Assembly: GCA_005222965.1 (NCBI GenBank)
Contig: NJBG01000001.1
Location: forward strand, 208,323 to 272,322
Reading direction: 5' to 3'
DNA from: Candidatus Woesearchaeota archaeon B3_Woes
GTDB lineage: Archaea > Nanobdellota > Nanobdellia > Woesearchaeales > B3-WOES
DNA length: 64,000 bases
Shown here: positions 46,819-57,785 of the stretch, piece by piece
Position numbering within the stretch: position 1 is the stretch's first letter
How the letters are laid out: each line of letters begins with the position of its first letter
Made by a program: the position numbers and the translations under genes
Notes under the pieces: model-generated
The model's database searches: none
Seen by the model: only the letters and a program-made list of their open reading frames with translations
What the model was told of the DNA's origin: nothing

Positions 46819-48714
46819 TTATTTCAGCCTTAAAGCATCAAGATTTCTGGGTGCAACAGTCTCTACCCTGTTTTGTTTATGTATAGAAGAAGCCAAATCC
46901 AAGCACTTTGAACTCTCGCCATGATTTATAATTACTTTTTTAGGTTTAGGGTCACATTTATGAACAAAATTCATTAATTGTTTCCTGCCAGAATGACCTG
47001 TCAATCCTTCTATTGTATGAACTTCCATCTTAATAGGGTTTAATTCTTGTTTTTGGCCAAAAATTGTAATAAATTCTGTTGCTCCTCTTTGTATTTTTCT
47101 ACCTAAAGAACCCTCTCCCTGATAACATACAAACACCAAGCTGTTATTAGGATTATCAGATAAATGTTTCAAGTATTCAACAGAAGGTCCTCCAACTAAC
47201 ATACCAGATGTTGCCAAAATAACACAAGGACCTTTATCCTCAATAACCTCTTTTCTTTCTTTTTGGCTTCCTATCCTCTTAAAATAAGGAGCCAAGAAAG
47301 GATTATTATCCTTATGAAAAATTAATTTTTTTATAAAATTGTTGAGGAATTCTGGATATGCTGTGTGTATGGCTGTTATATCCCACACCATTCCATCAAT
47401 ATAAACAGGAACATCTTTTAATTTATTGTTTCTTATAGCATCCTCAATAATCAATAAAACCTCCTGAGCACGACCAGAACCAAGTACAGGAACTAAAACC
47501 TTTCCTTTTCTTTCGATTGTTTTCTTTATTAAATTTATTAACTCCTCATCACTATCTTTTTTAGGAGGCAGGATGTTTTCTCTTCCACCATATGTACCTT
47601 CCATCATTAAAGTTTCTAATCTTGGGAATGATGTTACAGCAGGCTCTAATAAAGCAGTTTTTCCATATTTCATATCTCCTGTATAAAGAATGTTATGCAG
47701 ACCATTTCCTACATGTAAATGAACCATAGCGCTTCCAATGATATGACCAGCATTGTACAATGTAATCCTTACATCTGGAGTTATATCAGTAACCTCTTCA
47801 AAATCTAAACACACTGTATGCCTAACCATCTCTCTAACATCATCAGATCCAAAAATTGGTTCTTTATCACTATTTGCTTTCATTATTTTAATATAATCTA
47901 ATAACAACAAAGACATAACATCTCTAGTTGGTTCAGTACAATAAACAGGACCCCTGTAACCATACTTAAATAAATAAGGTATAAACCCGCAATGATCAAG
48001 ATGAGAATGTGAAACAATTACAGCATCTAACTGATTTATATCAAATTCAGGCGCTTCTAAGATAGGATATGCTTCATTATTGCTTGCAACATTAACACCA
48101 CAATCAAGCAAAATTTTACTTTCAGGTGTTTGCAACAATATACAACTTCTTCCAACCTGCCTGCCGCTTCCTAAATAACTTATCCTTACCCATTCCTCTT
48201 TTTTCTCACGCACCCATGAATCATATATTCTATGGCCTATTTTATCTAAAAATTTTCTTCTATAATCAGAATGTTGATACAAAACAGATCTTACGTTTTC
48301 TATAAGCTTTGATCTTATTGCAGGAGTTCTCCTTATCAAAGGTACCCAGAATGTTTTTTCTCTTATTTCTTTTAGAATAGCCCCTTGTTTGCCGATAACC
48401 AGCCCTGGTTTTTCAGCTTCAACAACAACAATGCTTCTCTGAGGATCAAATAAGATATTTCCAACAAAAGCTTCTTTTGGCAATAATTTTTTTATTTCTT
48501 TTTCAGCCTTTTCCAAATCCATTGTAACACTTGGATCTGGTCTTAACTCTATTCTTTTCTTTATATTATTGACTATCTCTCTTATTAATCCATTATTATT
48601 AAGAAAAAAATCTTTATTCTTTGTATATAATACAATATTTGCTCCTTCAAAACAAGCATCAGATATTTTTTCTTTAGGTAATTGCTTCAAAACTTCTTCA
48701 ATTATATTCGCCAT
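46819..48714 (-). CDS. fttA: aCPSF1/FttA beta-CASP ribonuclease with KH domains
   Basis: FEGANIV, KPGLVIG, SHSHLDH, AGHIIGS, TSGML.GG, HGE. Confidence 0.96.
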   Translation of the reverse strand: MANIIEEVLKQLPKEKISDACFEGANIVLYTKNKDFFLNNNGLIREIVNNIKKRIELRPDPSVTMDLEKAEKEIKKLLPKEAFVGNILFDPQRSIVVVEAEKPGLVIGKQGAILKEIREKTFWVPLIRRTPAIRSKLIENVRSVLYQHSDYRRKFLDKIGHRIYDSWVREKKEEWVRISYLGSGRQVGRSCILLQTPESKILLDCGVNVASNNEAYPILEAPEFDINQLDAVIVSHSHLDHCGFIPYLFKYGYRGPVYCTEPTRDVMSLLLLDYIKIMKANSDKEPIFGSDDVREMVRHTVCLDFEEVTDITPDVRITLYNAGHIIGSAMVHLHVGNGLHNILYTGDMKYGKTALLEPAVTSFPRLETLMMEGTYGGRENILPPKKDSDEELINLIKKTIERKGKVLVPVLGSGRAQEVLLIIEDAIRNNKLKDVPVYIDGMVWDITAIHTAYPEFLNNFIKKLIFHKDNNPFLAPYFKRIGSQKERKEVIEDKGPCVILATSGMLVGGPSVEYLKHLSDNPNNSLVFVCYQGEGSLGRKIQRGATEFITIFGQKQELNPIKMEVHTIEGLTGHSGRKQLMNFVHKCDPKPKKVIINHGESSKCLDLASSIHKQNRVETVAPRNLDALRLK

Positions 48715-48754
48715 TTTTAATAAAATATCTTAATAAAAAGAACCACCAACAAAT

Positions 48755-49405
48755 TTAAGCACTTATTTGTGTATTAATTTCTTCTTCTAAAACCTTTTTA
48801 AACCCTTTTTCAGTTATTGTTATAACATCATAACCAGAACCAGATGCAGAATCCCTTTGCAATGCAGCATTCAAAGCTTTTACAGCTAATTTAATGCCTT
48901 CTTCAACAGTTATATCTTTTTTGTATAATGTTTCTAAAACACCATAAGCAGTTATTGAACCAGAACCGCTTGAAACATAATCCTGACATTTTGTTATAGA
49001 ACCATCAACAAAGATATCATATAAATGAAAACCTTGTGGGTCTTTTCCACCCATTAAAAACTGAGTAATCCCAGGTATCATTGACATCTGTCTTATATTA
49101 TTATATACAAATCTAGCTGAAAGATTAGCAACTTCTTTAACAAAAATTTCTTTCCTTGTTCTTATATGCTTAAGTCTAATCTCTGATTGAATTAATTTTA
49201 TCAATAATTGTGCATCAGAAACAGTTCCTGCAATTGTCATAGCAAGAGTATCACTAATTTGGTGTATTTTTTGAGCTCTTTTATCAGCTATGATATTCCC
49301 CATAGTCGCTCTTCTATCTGCCGCTAACACAACACCATCTTTACACAACAAACCAATTGTTGTAGTACCTGTTTTCAATACATTGTCTTTAACTTCTGTT
49401 TTCAT
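48755..49405 (-). CDS. psmB: Proteasome subunit beta
   Basis: KTG-TTTIG, AADRRAT, GSGS, RDSASG. Confidence 0.96.
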   Translation of the reverse strand: MKTEVKDNVLKTGTTTIGLLCKDGVVLAADRRATMGNIIADKRAQKIHQISDTLAMTIAGTVSDAQLLIKLIQSEIRLKHIRTRKEIFVKEVANLSARFVYNNIRQMSMIPGITQFLMGGKDPQGFHLYDIFVDGSITKCQDYVSSGSGSITAYGVLETLYKKDITVEEGIKLAVKALNAALQRDSASGSGYDVITITEKGFKKVLEEEINTQISA

Positions 49406-49476
49406 TTTAGAACTAATTCATCCATAAGAATTAATAATTAGAATATGTAGTTTTATATTTAAAGCTTTCGGTTTTA

Positions 49477-50229
49477 CTACTTTAAAGAACTCTTTAGCTC
49501 AATTTCATCATAACTATCGCATAAATCTACTTTGTTATCCCATATATCATAAATATCTTCGTGTTCTAATTTTATTTTAGTAATGTTTTTACATTCTTTT
49601 CTTAATATAGATACAGTTCCTTTTACTTTTTGTACAAAAACATCATCAAAATACAGATTTCCGGGAATATAAAAAGACCCTGTACTATCTAAAAACTTAA
49701 AAACCAAGTAAATAGATGGTTGAACTTGTGTATGGTCTACATAAAAAATAACCTTTTTTGATTTACAATCTATAGGATAAGTCTGCCATTCAAAAGCATC
49801 TTTTTCGGATTCTAATCTAACAAAATGAGTCTCATTACAATATTCAATAGGAAAATCCTTAAATTCTATACCATCTGTATCTCCAACAAGATCTCCATCA
49901 AAATACACATAACCATATATATTCTTCCTGCTTAAGGTATCAATAAAACTTGCAGTAGGAGGAGGGGGTGAATAAATAAAAGCAACCAAATACCCTATAA
50001 GAATTAAAAAAATTAATATTACAATCACACCAATATAATGCTTAAATTTAGATAAAAATTCTTTTGTTTTTCGAGGAAATGCTAAATAAAAAGGTTTTTT
50101 TACACCTTTACGTTTAAGTTCAATAAGTTCTTCTTCTTTATATTTCCTAAAAACTCTGTGTACAAGGTGTTTTTTTGGATCTAATTGTTTTAATTCGTCG
50201 CTTTCCTCATTTTTCTTATCTTCTTCCAT
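49477..50229 (-). CDS. Single-TM protein with repeated extracellular beta domain
   Basis: TM at about aa 65-85; two G.(V/L)YFD units. Confidence 0.6.
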   Translation of the reverse strand: MEEDKKNEESDELKQLDPKKHLVHRVFRKYKEEELIELKRKGVKKPFYLAFPRKTKEFLSKFKHYIGVIVILIFLILIGYLVAFIYSPPPPTASFIDTLSRKNIYGYVYFDGDLVGDTDGIEFKDFPIEYCNETHFVRLESEKDAFEWQTYPIDCKSKKVIFYVDHTQVQPSIYLVFKFLDSTGSFYIPGNLYFDDVFVQKVKGTVSILRKECKNITKIKLEHEDIYDIWDNKVDLCDSYDEIELKSSLK

Positions 50230-50236
50230 CTTTAAA

Positions 50237-51427
50237 TTAACTTACTAAATCCACTATAACTGCTCTTGAATAAAGCTTTATAAAATTAGAAATACTTCCT
50301 TCAGATCTTAAGAAACTCTCTGGAATTAATTGATAACGTGTAGAATAATCTCTAACAAATTGGTAGATATTATCATCCAAAATTATAGAGCCATACGTAA
50401 CTATAAAAATTTCTTTATCACGAATTAATTCTTCATAGTCTCCACCATTATTATCATCTATAAAAATCAAAGGGGTATTTACATAAGATGCTAACAAAGT
50501 ACCAACTAAACCAGCATATTCATTATCATAATCAACTAATATTAAACTAGAGTAGTTTATCCAATAATCAAAATAATCAGAAGTTTTTGTTGATTTAGTT
50601 TCAATAGTATAACCAGAAGGAGAACCTCCACTATAAGTACTATTAAAAAGATAGGTTTTATTTGTTGAATAATTATCCATCAGAAAAACCATGTCACTAG
50701 AATTTATATCTCCATATATATCATTTTTATAAGCTACAGAATAGTTATAAATATAAATGGTTTGATTTTCCTTAAATAAGGTTAGAGAAACTATTTCTAG
50801 TATTTCTCTCCAATTTTTGACATCTCCACTCTCATTTTTTTCTTGTATTAAAAATAAAGGGTTATCACTATATAGACTAAAATCTCTATTATTGGTTGGA
50901 AACATGCTCCAATTAAAATATATTGTTGTACATCCTGCTCTTCCTTCAAACCAAACATCCAATACATTATTTGGTGTTGATAAACACGAATAAAAAGGAT
51001 AATAATCAAAACATACATTTCCTACATATAATTCTTCTACAACATTAAAATCATCAATAAAAAATAAATTTTTATTATTTCCTGCACTTAAACTCTCATT
51101 TATCATAGGATAGTCTCTAACTAAAGTTGTATTGTATATTATAACACTAGACTTATTCAAATCAACAAAACAAGCAGTATCAACCACTTCTGGAAGATAA
51201 AATGTATATTTTTTTATATTTCCATATTTAGATGACAAAAAATCTATACCAGATCTTATATCTGCTTCTAAATCTGCTTTTATTAACTGCCTTGTCTTTT
51301 CCTGAATCATATTTCCTGCTTTAATAACAAACACAACTAATGCGAAAATAAAAATAATAAAGAGTATTGTAATTACAAGCTGTTGTGTTAATTCCACCCC
51401 TTTTTTGTTTTTTATTAAATTAGTCAT
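50237..51427 (-). CDS. Pilin-like protein (class III signal peptide) with CWB2-like C-terminal region
   Basis: KNKKG/VELT followed by a hydrophobic stretch; LPEVVDTACFVD; AGLVGTLLASYVNTPLIF. Confidence 0.6.
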   Translation of the reverse strand: MTNLIKNKKGVELTQQLVITILFIIFIFALVVFVIKAGNMIQEKTRQLIKADLEADIRSGIDFLSSKYGNIKKYTFYLPEVVDTACFVDLNKSSVIIYNTTLVRDYPMINESLSAGNNKNLFFIDDFNVVEELYVGNVCFDYYPFYSCLSTPNNVLDVWFEGRAGCTTIYFNWSMFPTNNRDFSLYSDNPLFLIQEKNESGDVKNWREILEIVSLTLFKENQTIYIYNYSVAYKNDIYGDINSSDMVFLMDNYSTNKTYLFNSTYSGGSPSGYTIETKSTKTSDYFDYWINYSSLILVDYDNEYAGLVGTLLASYVNTPLIFIDDNNGGDYEELIRDKEIFIVTYGSIILDDNIYQFVRDYSTRYQLIPESFLRSEGSISNFIKLYSRAVIVDLVS

Positions 51428-52140
51428 ATTTTTTTTAACTTATCAAAAACCTCTTTTTTATTTGAACTTTTTAATTTATTTTCAGAAGCGTTTCCAAAAA
51501 CGCCATGTATCTTGTTTATATCCTCTTTCTTTGCTTTTTTACCATACAATTGAGTAGATTTTTTCAAAACAGATTGTAATTTTTCATCTTCAGTAATATA
51601 TTTTCTTGAAGAAGTTGGTTTTATCTGTTGTTGATTTGATGGTTGTGGAATCGAAATTTTTTTGTTTTCTTTTGTCCTAGAAAATAATTTTTCAAATTTT
51701 TCTTTAAGTATTATATCTAATTTATATTTTTCAAATAAAAAGATAACAAACACCAAAAAAATAATTAGAACAGGTATGTAAATAAGGGGCCATATAATTC
51801 TATTTTTCTTTAAAGGGTCTGACCCAAGACTGTTTATCTCCTTAAAATCGTTTATGCCGTCTCCATCAGAATCAGCAGAACTAGGGTCTGTTCCTTGCAT
51901 AAATTCCTCAAAGTTTGACAAACCATCTCTATCTTTATCATATTTATTATCTACAACATCAAATCTCAAACCATTTCTTATTTCCCAATCGTCTGGCATT
52001 CCATCATTATCAAAATCATATGGATAAGAATCTTCTTCATCAACTAGTCCATCTCCATCAGAATCCAAAGAAAAAACAATAGGCAACACTAGTGAAAAAA
52101 CAACTAATAATATCACCTCTTTTTTTAAAATATTACTCAT
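51424..52140 (-). CDS. Membrane-anchored protein with DxDxDG calcium-binding (TSP3-like) repeats
   Basis: DSDGDG, DFDNDGMPD.WE, DKDRDGL, GTDP, DSDGDG; signal peptide and TM. Confidence 0.8.
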   Translation of the reverse strand: MSNILKKEVILLVVFSLVLPIVFSLDSDGDGLVDEEDSYPYDFDNDGMPDDWEIRNGLRFDVVDNKYDKDRDGLSNFEEFMQGTDPSSADSDGDGINDFKEINSLGSDPLKKNRIIWPLIYIPVLIIFLVFVIFLFEKYKLDIILKEKFEKLFSRTKENKKISIPQPSNQQQIKPTSSRKYITEDEKLQSVLKKSTQLYGKKAKKEDINKIHGVFGNASENKLKSSNKKEVFDKLKKI

Positions 52141-52654
52141 TTTTTTCTTTAATAATGTCTTTTAATTGTTTTACTCTACTCATCATTTGGTCTATCTCTT
52201 TTTTTTTCTTTAATTCTACATCTTTTTCTTCTAAAATAAGTTTTAAGTTAGGAATCAAACAATAATAAGCTTTAGCTTTTTTATTGTTAGTTTTTCTTTT
52301 TACAATAAATCCAGCATCTTTTAAATTCTCTAAAACTCTTGTTACAGTTCGGTTTGTTGGTACTTTAATTTTATTCTGTCTAGCAAAGCTTGCTTTTATT
52401 TCTAGTGGTTTTTTGTTCTTTGTATTAAGCAAAGATTTTAAATCATCAATTTTCTTTTTCAAAGAAGGGTCTTCATTTATTATTTTATCAATATAATAAT
52501 CATAAACTTGCGTTGCTGTCAAAGCATCATCACTAAATTTTAGAAGATTAAACACCTTTTTTTCTTCTTTAGAAAGCATACTTAAAATAACGTCTATCTG
52601 TTTTTCTTTAAACTCCTCTTTCTTAAAATCAAAAACATCTAAAACATTTCCCAA
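52133..52654 (-). CDS. Winged-helix domain protein
   Basis: PTNRTVTRVLENLKDAGFI; TTG start with gaggtgg RBS. Confidence 0.6.
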   Translation of the reverse strand: MGNVLDVFDFKKEEFKEKQIDVILSMLSKEEKKVFNLLKFSDDALTATQVYDYYIDKIINEDPSLKKKIDDLKSLLNTKNKKPLEIKASFARQNKIKVPTNRTVTRVLENLKDAGFIVKRKTNNKKAKAYYCLIPNLKLILEEKDVELKKKKEIDQMMSRVKQLKDIIKEKNE

Positions 52655-52892
52655 AATTCCACCTCTTCTAATATTTAATAAAACTAATATTTAAATCTTT
52701 TTAATTGTTCTTGGAAATATGAGATTTCCAGAACACCAGAAAATTATTAATCTAGTTTTTTACACGACAAATCTAATTAAAGAACAGTGCATTAAAATCA
52801 AGAATTTTTTGAAGTGAAAACCAATGAAACCATATAACAAGAATTTTTTATAATCAGAAAGGTTTAAATAACGTGAAAACCAATAAAACTAT

Positions 52893-53513
52893 ATGGATCC
52901 GGATTTACATAAACCAATACATGATAAAAAAGAAAGAAAACAAATTCAACCGCATCATCGTCATATAAGCCTGCTTCTAATTATAGTTATTTTTCTTATA
53001 ATTCTTTTATTAATTATGATTAAACCTGCTTTGTTAGGTTATAAAGTATCATCACAATTTGAAGAAATAGAACTAGAAGTAGCTGAATTTATCAAAGAAC
53101 TGGAATTAACTAAATCGAATCTGATTATTACACAAACAAATTTAGATAGCTGCAAAAGCTTAAATCAAGAATATTTAGAAAACCTTGCTGAAGAAAAAAA
53201 CACAGGTTTTCGATGTGGTCAGGAAAAAAACGAATTAGAATCAAAATATAGACAACTTCAAAGCGAATATATATTTAATATAAGTAAAATTAAATCTGAA
53301 TTTGAACAAAAAAAGAATGAAATACAGATTAACCTAACACAATACCAAACTAAATATAATGAACTTGAAACAATTCATAATCAAATTGTGAGTAACGCAG
53401 CTAATAACCTTTGTTGTAAAGCAAAGGTGGATAATAAAGATATTGATTCGTATATCCTATTAAATGGTGTTATTATGTGTTTAGTAGGAGAAGAAAATAA
53501 AATTAATTGTTAA
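52893..53513 (+). CDS. Membrane-anchored coiled-coil protein
   Basis: N-terminal TM, heptads, C-terminal Cys cluster. Confidence 0.7.
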   Translation: MDPDLHKPIHDKKERKQIQPHHRHISLLLIIVIFLIILLLIMIKPALLGYKVSSQFEEIELEVAEFIKELELTKSNLIITQTNLDSCKSLNQEYLENLAEEKNTGFRCGQEKNELESKYRQLQSEYIFNISKIKSEFEQKKNEIQINLTQYQTKYNELETIHNQIVSNAANNLCCKAKVDNKDIDSYILLNGVIMCLVGEENKINC

Positions 53514-54012
53514 GTTTCCTTTTTCTTAGGATTAGTATAAGAACAAAAAGCAAAACTAATCCTATTACACTATAAAACCACAACCATTTATTATATTTCT
53601 CATAGCTCAGAGCTATATGAAGGGTCTGTTCATTTAATATTTCATATCCTCTTGGATTAGAGCATACAATATTACTTGATTCAAGAAAATAAGGAGTTAT
53701 AAAACTAAAATCTGTTTCATTTAAAATTATAACAGCTCCAACTAATTTATGATTATCTATAACATCAGTATACAACTTCATTGGTAATTCAAATCTAAAA
53801 GAATAAATATTATTGTTATTTTTATCAACAAGTCTACAATTATAACCTTCCTTAACTTGGATATTTCTATCAGGATAATAACCTTCTTTGATTAATTGTT
53901 CTTTTAAAATTATTTCACCATTATTATAATTAAAATTAAAAATAGAAACCTTATCTGCATAAACAGAGCTAATTAAAACTAAAAACATTATAAGATAAAT
54001 TCCTTTTCTCAT
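53503..54012 (-). CDS. Secreted, membrane-anchored protein resembling the accessory N-domain of M64 peptidases
   Basis: Signal peptide, GYYPDR..Q..GY...YSFRF.LP...ETDFSFITPYF, C-terminal TM; overlaps the M64 gene stop. Confidence 0.55.
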   Translation of the reverse strand: MRKGIYLIMFLVLISSVYADKVSIFNFNYNNGEIILKEQLIKEGYYPDRNIQVKEGYNCRLVDKNNNNIYSFRFELPMKLYTDVIDNHKLVGAVIILNETDFSFITPYFLESSNIVCSNPRGYEILNEQTLHIALSYEKYNKWLWFYSVIGLVLLFVLILILRKRKLNN

Positions 54013-55163
54013 TTATATTCCTCTAGTCTTTCTTTAATAATTCCTTCATTTAAAATACCATACTCCTCACTTTTATCATAATTTCTCATAATTGAAACAT
54101 CTATTGATCTATAAAATTCATTTGTTGAACATCCCCTAATACAGTCAGTATTATCTACAGAAGACCAGGAAGAACATCCTTCATAATCACAATTAGGATA
54201 ATCTTCTGCATCAAACCAACTTTCATAATAATCATCTGTATATTCATCAGCAAGATTTGCAAAAGAATGTCCAAACTCATGAACTAAAACTAAAGGATTA
54301 TCTCTCGTATTTATTTTTACCATATTTGACAAAGCACTTGACCTAACATTTATATCTAAAAGTCCTCTATCAACTAAAACAAATATGTAATCATTTGGGC
54401 AATTAGAAACCAATTTATTTACACTCAAACTATCGCAAAAAATATAATCAGTTATAGAACAGTCTGGTTCTCCTTTATCTATCATCCATATATTAAATTT
54501 GTTTTTGTTGCCTAAAAAAGGTTCTATCTGTAAAAGAGAATCACTTACATACCATTCAATATCTTGTGTAAAAAAAGTTTTATTTTTATAACCAAACCCT
54601 AAAAAGACTATATCTATTTTTTCATCAGGATTCCCAACCCCACTTCCTGGAACAATAACGCAGTTTTGAATTATATCATTATCATTAATAGCCTCTACCA
54701 AAACTTCATTTGTTAATGTTGTTAATCTTAAATTTAATTTATTATTTGCAACATTCACACATAAAGGATTTTCTGATTCATTTAATTTAACATAATTAAT
54801 TCTAGCAGGACTAAATTTACCAGATGGAAAAAAGAAAAGATTTTTGTCTTTGTAAATTTCTTTATCTTTTGTTAAATCTAAAAAACTATGTGGGCTAAAT
54901 TGCTCATTAGAATCTATAAAACATATCTTATCAACATCAGAAGGCAAAGAGAAAGAAACAGTATCGATACCTCCCCTTCCTTTAGTATTTTGATGTTTCA
55001 AAGTATTTTCAAGTGTTACAACAAAACTTTGTATTTCTGCTTTTTTTTCACTTTGGCGAAAATCCCTCATTCCTCCAAAAGATAAAAGCAAGGTAAACAC
55101 TATTATAATAACGATTAATATATAAATAAATACATTTGAAGTAAACTGTGATTTTTTAAACAT
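54009..55163 (-). CDS. Pilin-like (class III signal peptide) fusion with M64-family metallopeptidase domain
   Basis: KKSQ/F followed by a hydrophobic stretch; IDIVFLG, EPF, HEFGHSFANLADEY, SIMR. Confidence 0.8.
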   Translation of the reverse strand: MFKKSQFTSNVFIYILIVIIIVFTLLLSFGGMRDFRQSEKKAEIQSFVVTLENTLKHQNTKGRGGIDTVSFSLPSDVDKICFIDSNEQFSPHSFLDLTKDKEIYKDKNLFFFPSGKFSPARINYVKLNESENPLCVNVANNKLNLRLTTLTNEVLVEAINDNDIIQNCVIVPGSGVGNPDEKIDIVFLGFGYKNKTFFTQDIEWYVSDSLLQIEPFLGNKNKFNIWMIDKGEPDCSITDYIFCDSLSVNKLVSNCPNDYIFVLVDRGLLDINVRSSALSNMVKINTRDNPLVLVHEFGHSFANLADEYTDDYYESWFDAEDYPNCDYEGCSSWSSVDNTDCIRGCSTNEFYRSIDVSIMRNYDKSEEYGILNEGIIKERLEEYK

Positions 55164-55208
55164 ATAAAATACAAATAGGAGATTTGTATATAAATTTTGT
55201 TGTTAAAT

Positions 55209-55583
55209 CTAACTTAATTTAGAACTCTTATATTTATGAGGTTCATATGCTCTTAATCTTTTTATTGAAATCTCAAATTTTTTCAAATCTTTCAAAGAAG
55301 CTTCTTGATCATAACCCAGGCATATCAAATCTGGTTTGAATTTTCTAATAACATTATATCTATCCTTGATACAACCCAAAACAGTTTTATCAGCATATTT
55401 TCTAACGGTTTCCAGTCTTTTTTTCTCATTATTCATAGGAAGTCTTCCTTTAATTTTTTTAACTGTTTTATCTCTAGCAACAACTAAAATAAGATAATCT
55501 CCATACTTTTTGGCCTGTTCAAAAAAATTTAAATGCCCTTTATGTAAAATATCAAATGTTCCAAAAATCATTACTTTTTTCAT
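55209..55583 (-). CDS. ribL: Archaeal FAD synthetase (cytidylyltransferase-like)
   Basis: FGTFDILHKGH, VARD, PD.I.LGYDQ, KSS; adjacent to rib genes. Confidence 0.85.
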   Translation of the reverse strand: MKKVMIFGTFDILHKGHLNFFEQAKKYGDYLILVVARDKTVKKIKGRLPMNNEKKRLETVRKYADKTVLGCIKDRYNVIRKFKPDLICLGYDQEASLKDLKKFEISIKRLRAYEPHKYKSSKLS

Positions 55584-55631
55584 TTGTTCTTAAACCAAAA
55601 AGTTTTTATCTTATTTAAATATATATTTTAT

Positions 55632-55775
55632 ATGCAGGAAGAATTTGAAGAAATTGAGTTTAAATGCTCTAATTGTGGTAAAAAAATCAAAATGTTAAAA
55701 AGAAAAAATTATTCTATAGAGGGATTACTATGTCAAAGATGTGGTTTAGGAGAAGAAAAGCCTGATCAAGACTAA
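55632..55775 (+). CDS. Small zinc-finger protein (47 aa)
   Basis: CSNC...CQRC; ATG 55632 downstream of a TATA. Confidence 0.6.
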   Translation: MQEEFEEIEFKCSNCGKKIKMLKRKNYSIEGLLCQRCGLGEEKPDQD

Positions 55776-55831
55776 AATTATAGTAAGATTATTATATAAC
55801 AAAGATATTTGCAATATAAAGGGTATAAAAT

Positions 55832-56098
55832 ATGGTTGAAGAAGAAAAACCTGAAGGAAAAGAAATTGGTAAAGTAACACACTATTTTTCGCATATAAGT
55901 GTTGCTGTAATAAAACTAAACAAACCACTAAAAGTAGGAGATACAATACATATAAAAGGAGCGACAACTGACTTTACACAACCAATTGATTCAATGCAAG
56001 TAGAGCATAAAAACATTGAAGAAGCCAAAGCAAAGGACGACGTTGGATTAAAAGTCCAAGATAAAGTCAGAGAACATGATATTGTATACAGAGTTTGA
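55832..56098 (+). CDS. EF-Tu domain II/U32 C-terminal-like beta-barrel protein
   Basis: IGKVTHYF..I.VA....LKVGD.I.IKG.TTDF.Q...SMQ...A....VGLKV. Confidence 0.8.
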   Translation: MVEEEKPEGKEIGKVTHYFSHISVAVIKLNKPLKVGDTIHIKGATTDFTQPIDSMQVEHKNIEEAKAKDDVGLKVQDKVREHDIVYRV

Positions 56099-56216
56099 TT
56101 GTTATTATATCCATTGGAATAACTTTCAGAAATAAAAAAAGTATAACTTACCAATAATAAAATTTAAGTAAAGAAACTTATCTTCAAAAATTTTATTTGC
56201 ATTGTAATTTAAAATT

Positions 56217-56846
56217 CTATAATTTATGATTAAATTTAATTTTCTTGGTTTTCAAATAATTATGGTTATTAATGTTTGATTTTATTTTAACTGGAATTTT
56301 TTGGCTAACTTCTATTCCGTATTTTTTTAGTTGAAATTCTTTATCTGGATTATTTGTTATTAATCTAACTTTGGTAATGCCTAAATCAAACAATATCTTA
56401 GAAGCTGGCCAGTAATCTCTCCCATCTGGATTATGCCCAAGTTTAACATTTGCATCATATGTATCAAAACCATCTTCCTGAAGTTTATATGCTTTAATTT
56501 TTTCTAATAATCCAATTCCTCTTCCTTCTTGAGGTAGATATATGATAATTCCTTCTTTTTCATCTCTAATCATAGACATTGCTTTGTCTAATTGATATCT
56601 ACAATCACATTTTTTTGATAAGAAAGTCTCACCTGTAAAGCATTGAGAGTGAACTCTGACTAAAGATTCATTTTTTGGATTACCTTTAACCAATACACTT
56701 ATCAAACTATTGTCAACAAGATTTGTATATAATAATAATTTAAATTCACCTTTTTGTGTAGGTAATTTTATTGACGTTTCTCTTTTTATCATATTTTTTT
56801 GATAAGGGACATTATATAATTTATTTTTTTCAATAATAGTTTCCAT
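56217..56846 (-). CDS. ribA: GTP cyclohydrolase II (bacterial type)
   Basis: VRVHSQCFTG..S.KCDC, QEGRGIGL, ITNNP.K. Confidence 0.95.
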   Translation of the reverse strand: METIIEKNKLYNVPYQKNMIKRETSIKLPTQKGEFKLLLYTNLVDNSLISVLVKGNPKNESLVRVHSQCFTGETFLSKKCDCRYQLDKAMSMIRDEKEGIIIYLPQEGRGIGLLEKIKAYKLQEDGFDTYDANVKLGHNPDGRDYWPASKILFDLGITKVRLITNNPDKEFQLKKYGIEVSQKIPVKIKSNINNHNYLKTKKIKFNHKL

Positions 56847-56847
56847 T

Positions 56848-57264
56848 TTATTTTAATCCTTCAATTTCTTTAATCATTTTAAATGCTGCTTCAACAGAAC
56901 GTTTAGTATATCCAGAGATGCGTTTGACAGCATCTGCATGGGTCATTTTGGGTCCAGATATACCAAGTGATACTGGTTTATCATATTCAAGGCTCAAATC
57001 GGTAATCTTTCTGGCGGAATTTCCTGCAACAATTATATCATGATCAGTATTTCCTTCAATAACTGCTCCGAGTGTAACTATAGCATCTACATCTGATTTT
57101 AAAATTGTTTTGACTGCTAAAGGCATATCAAACGCACCTGGAACTTTTGCTATCTTTGTAACAGTCCCTCCTAAAAAACTAACATGCTCTTTTGCTATCT
57201 CAAACATTGGCAATGTTATGTCTGAATTAAATTCAGTATATACTATTCCTATTTTATAATTCAT
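56848..57264 (-). CDS. ribH: 6,7-dimethyl-8-ribityllumazine synthase
   Basis: EFN.DIT, VPGAFDMP, LGAVIEG.T.HD, KPVSLGI.GP. Confidence 0.95.
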   Translation of the reverse strand: MNYKIGIVYTEFNSDITLPMFEIAKEHVSFLGGTVTKIAKVPGAFDMPLAVKTILKSDVDAIVTLGAVIEGNTDHDIIVAGNSARKITDLSLEYDKPVSLGISGPKMTHADAVKRISGYTKRSVEAAFKMIKEIEGLK

Positions 57265-57278
57265 TTTTTATCCTCCTA

Positions 57279-57770
<492 letters not shown>

Positions 57771-57785
57771 TTATAAATGTTTTGA

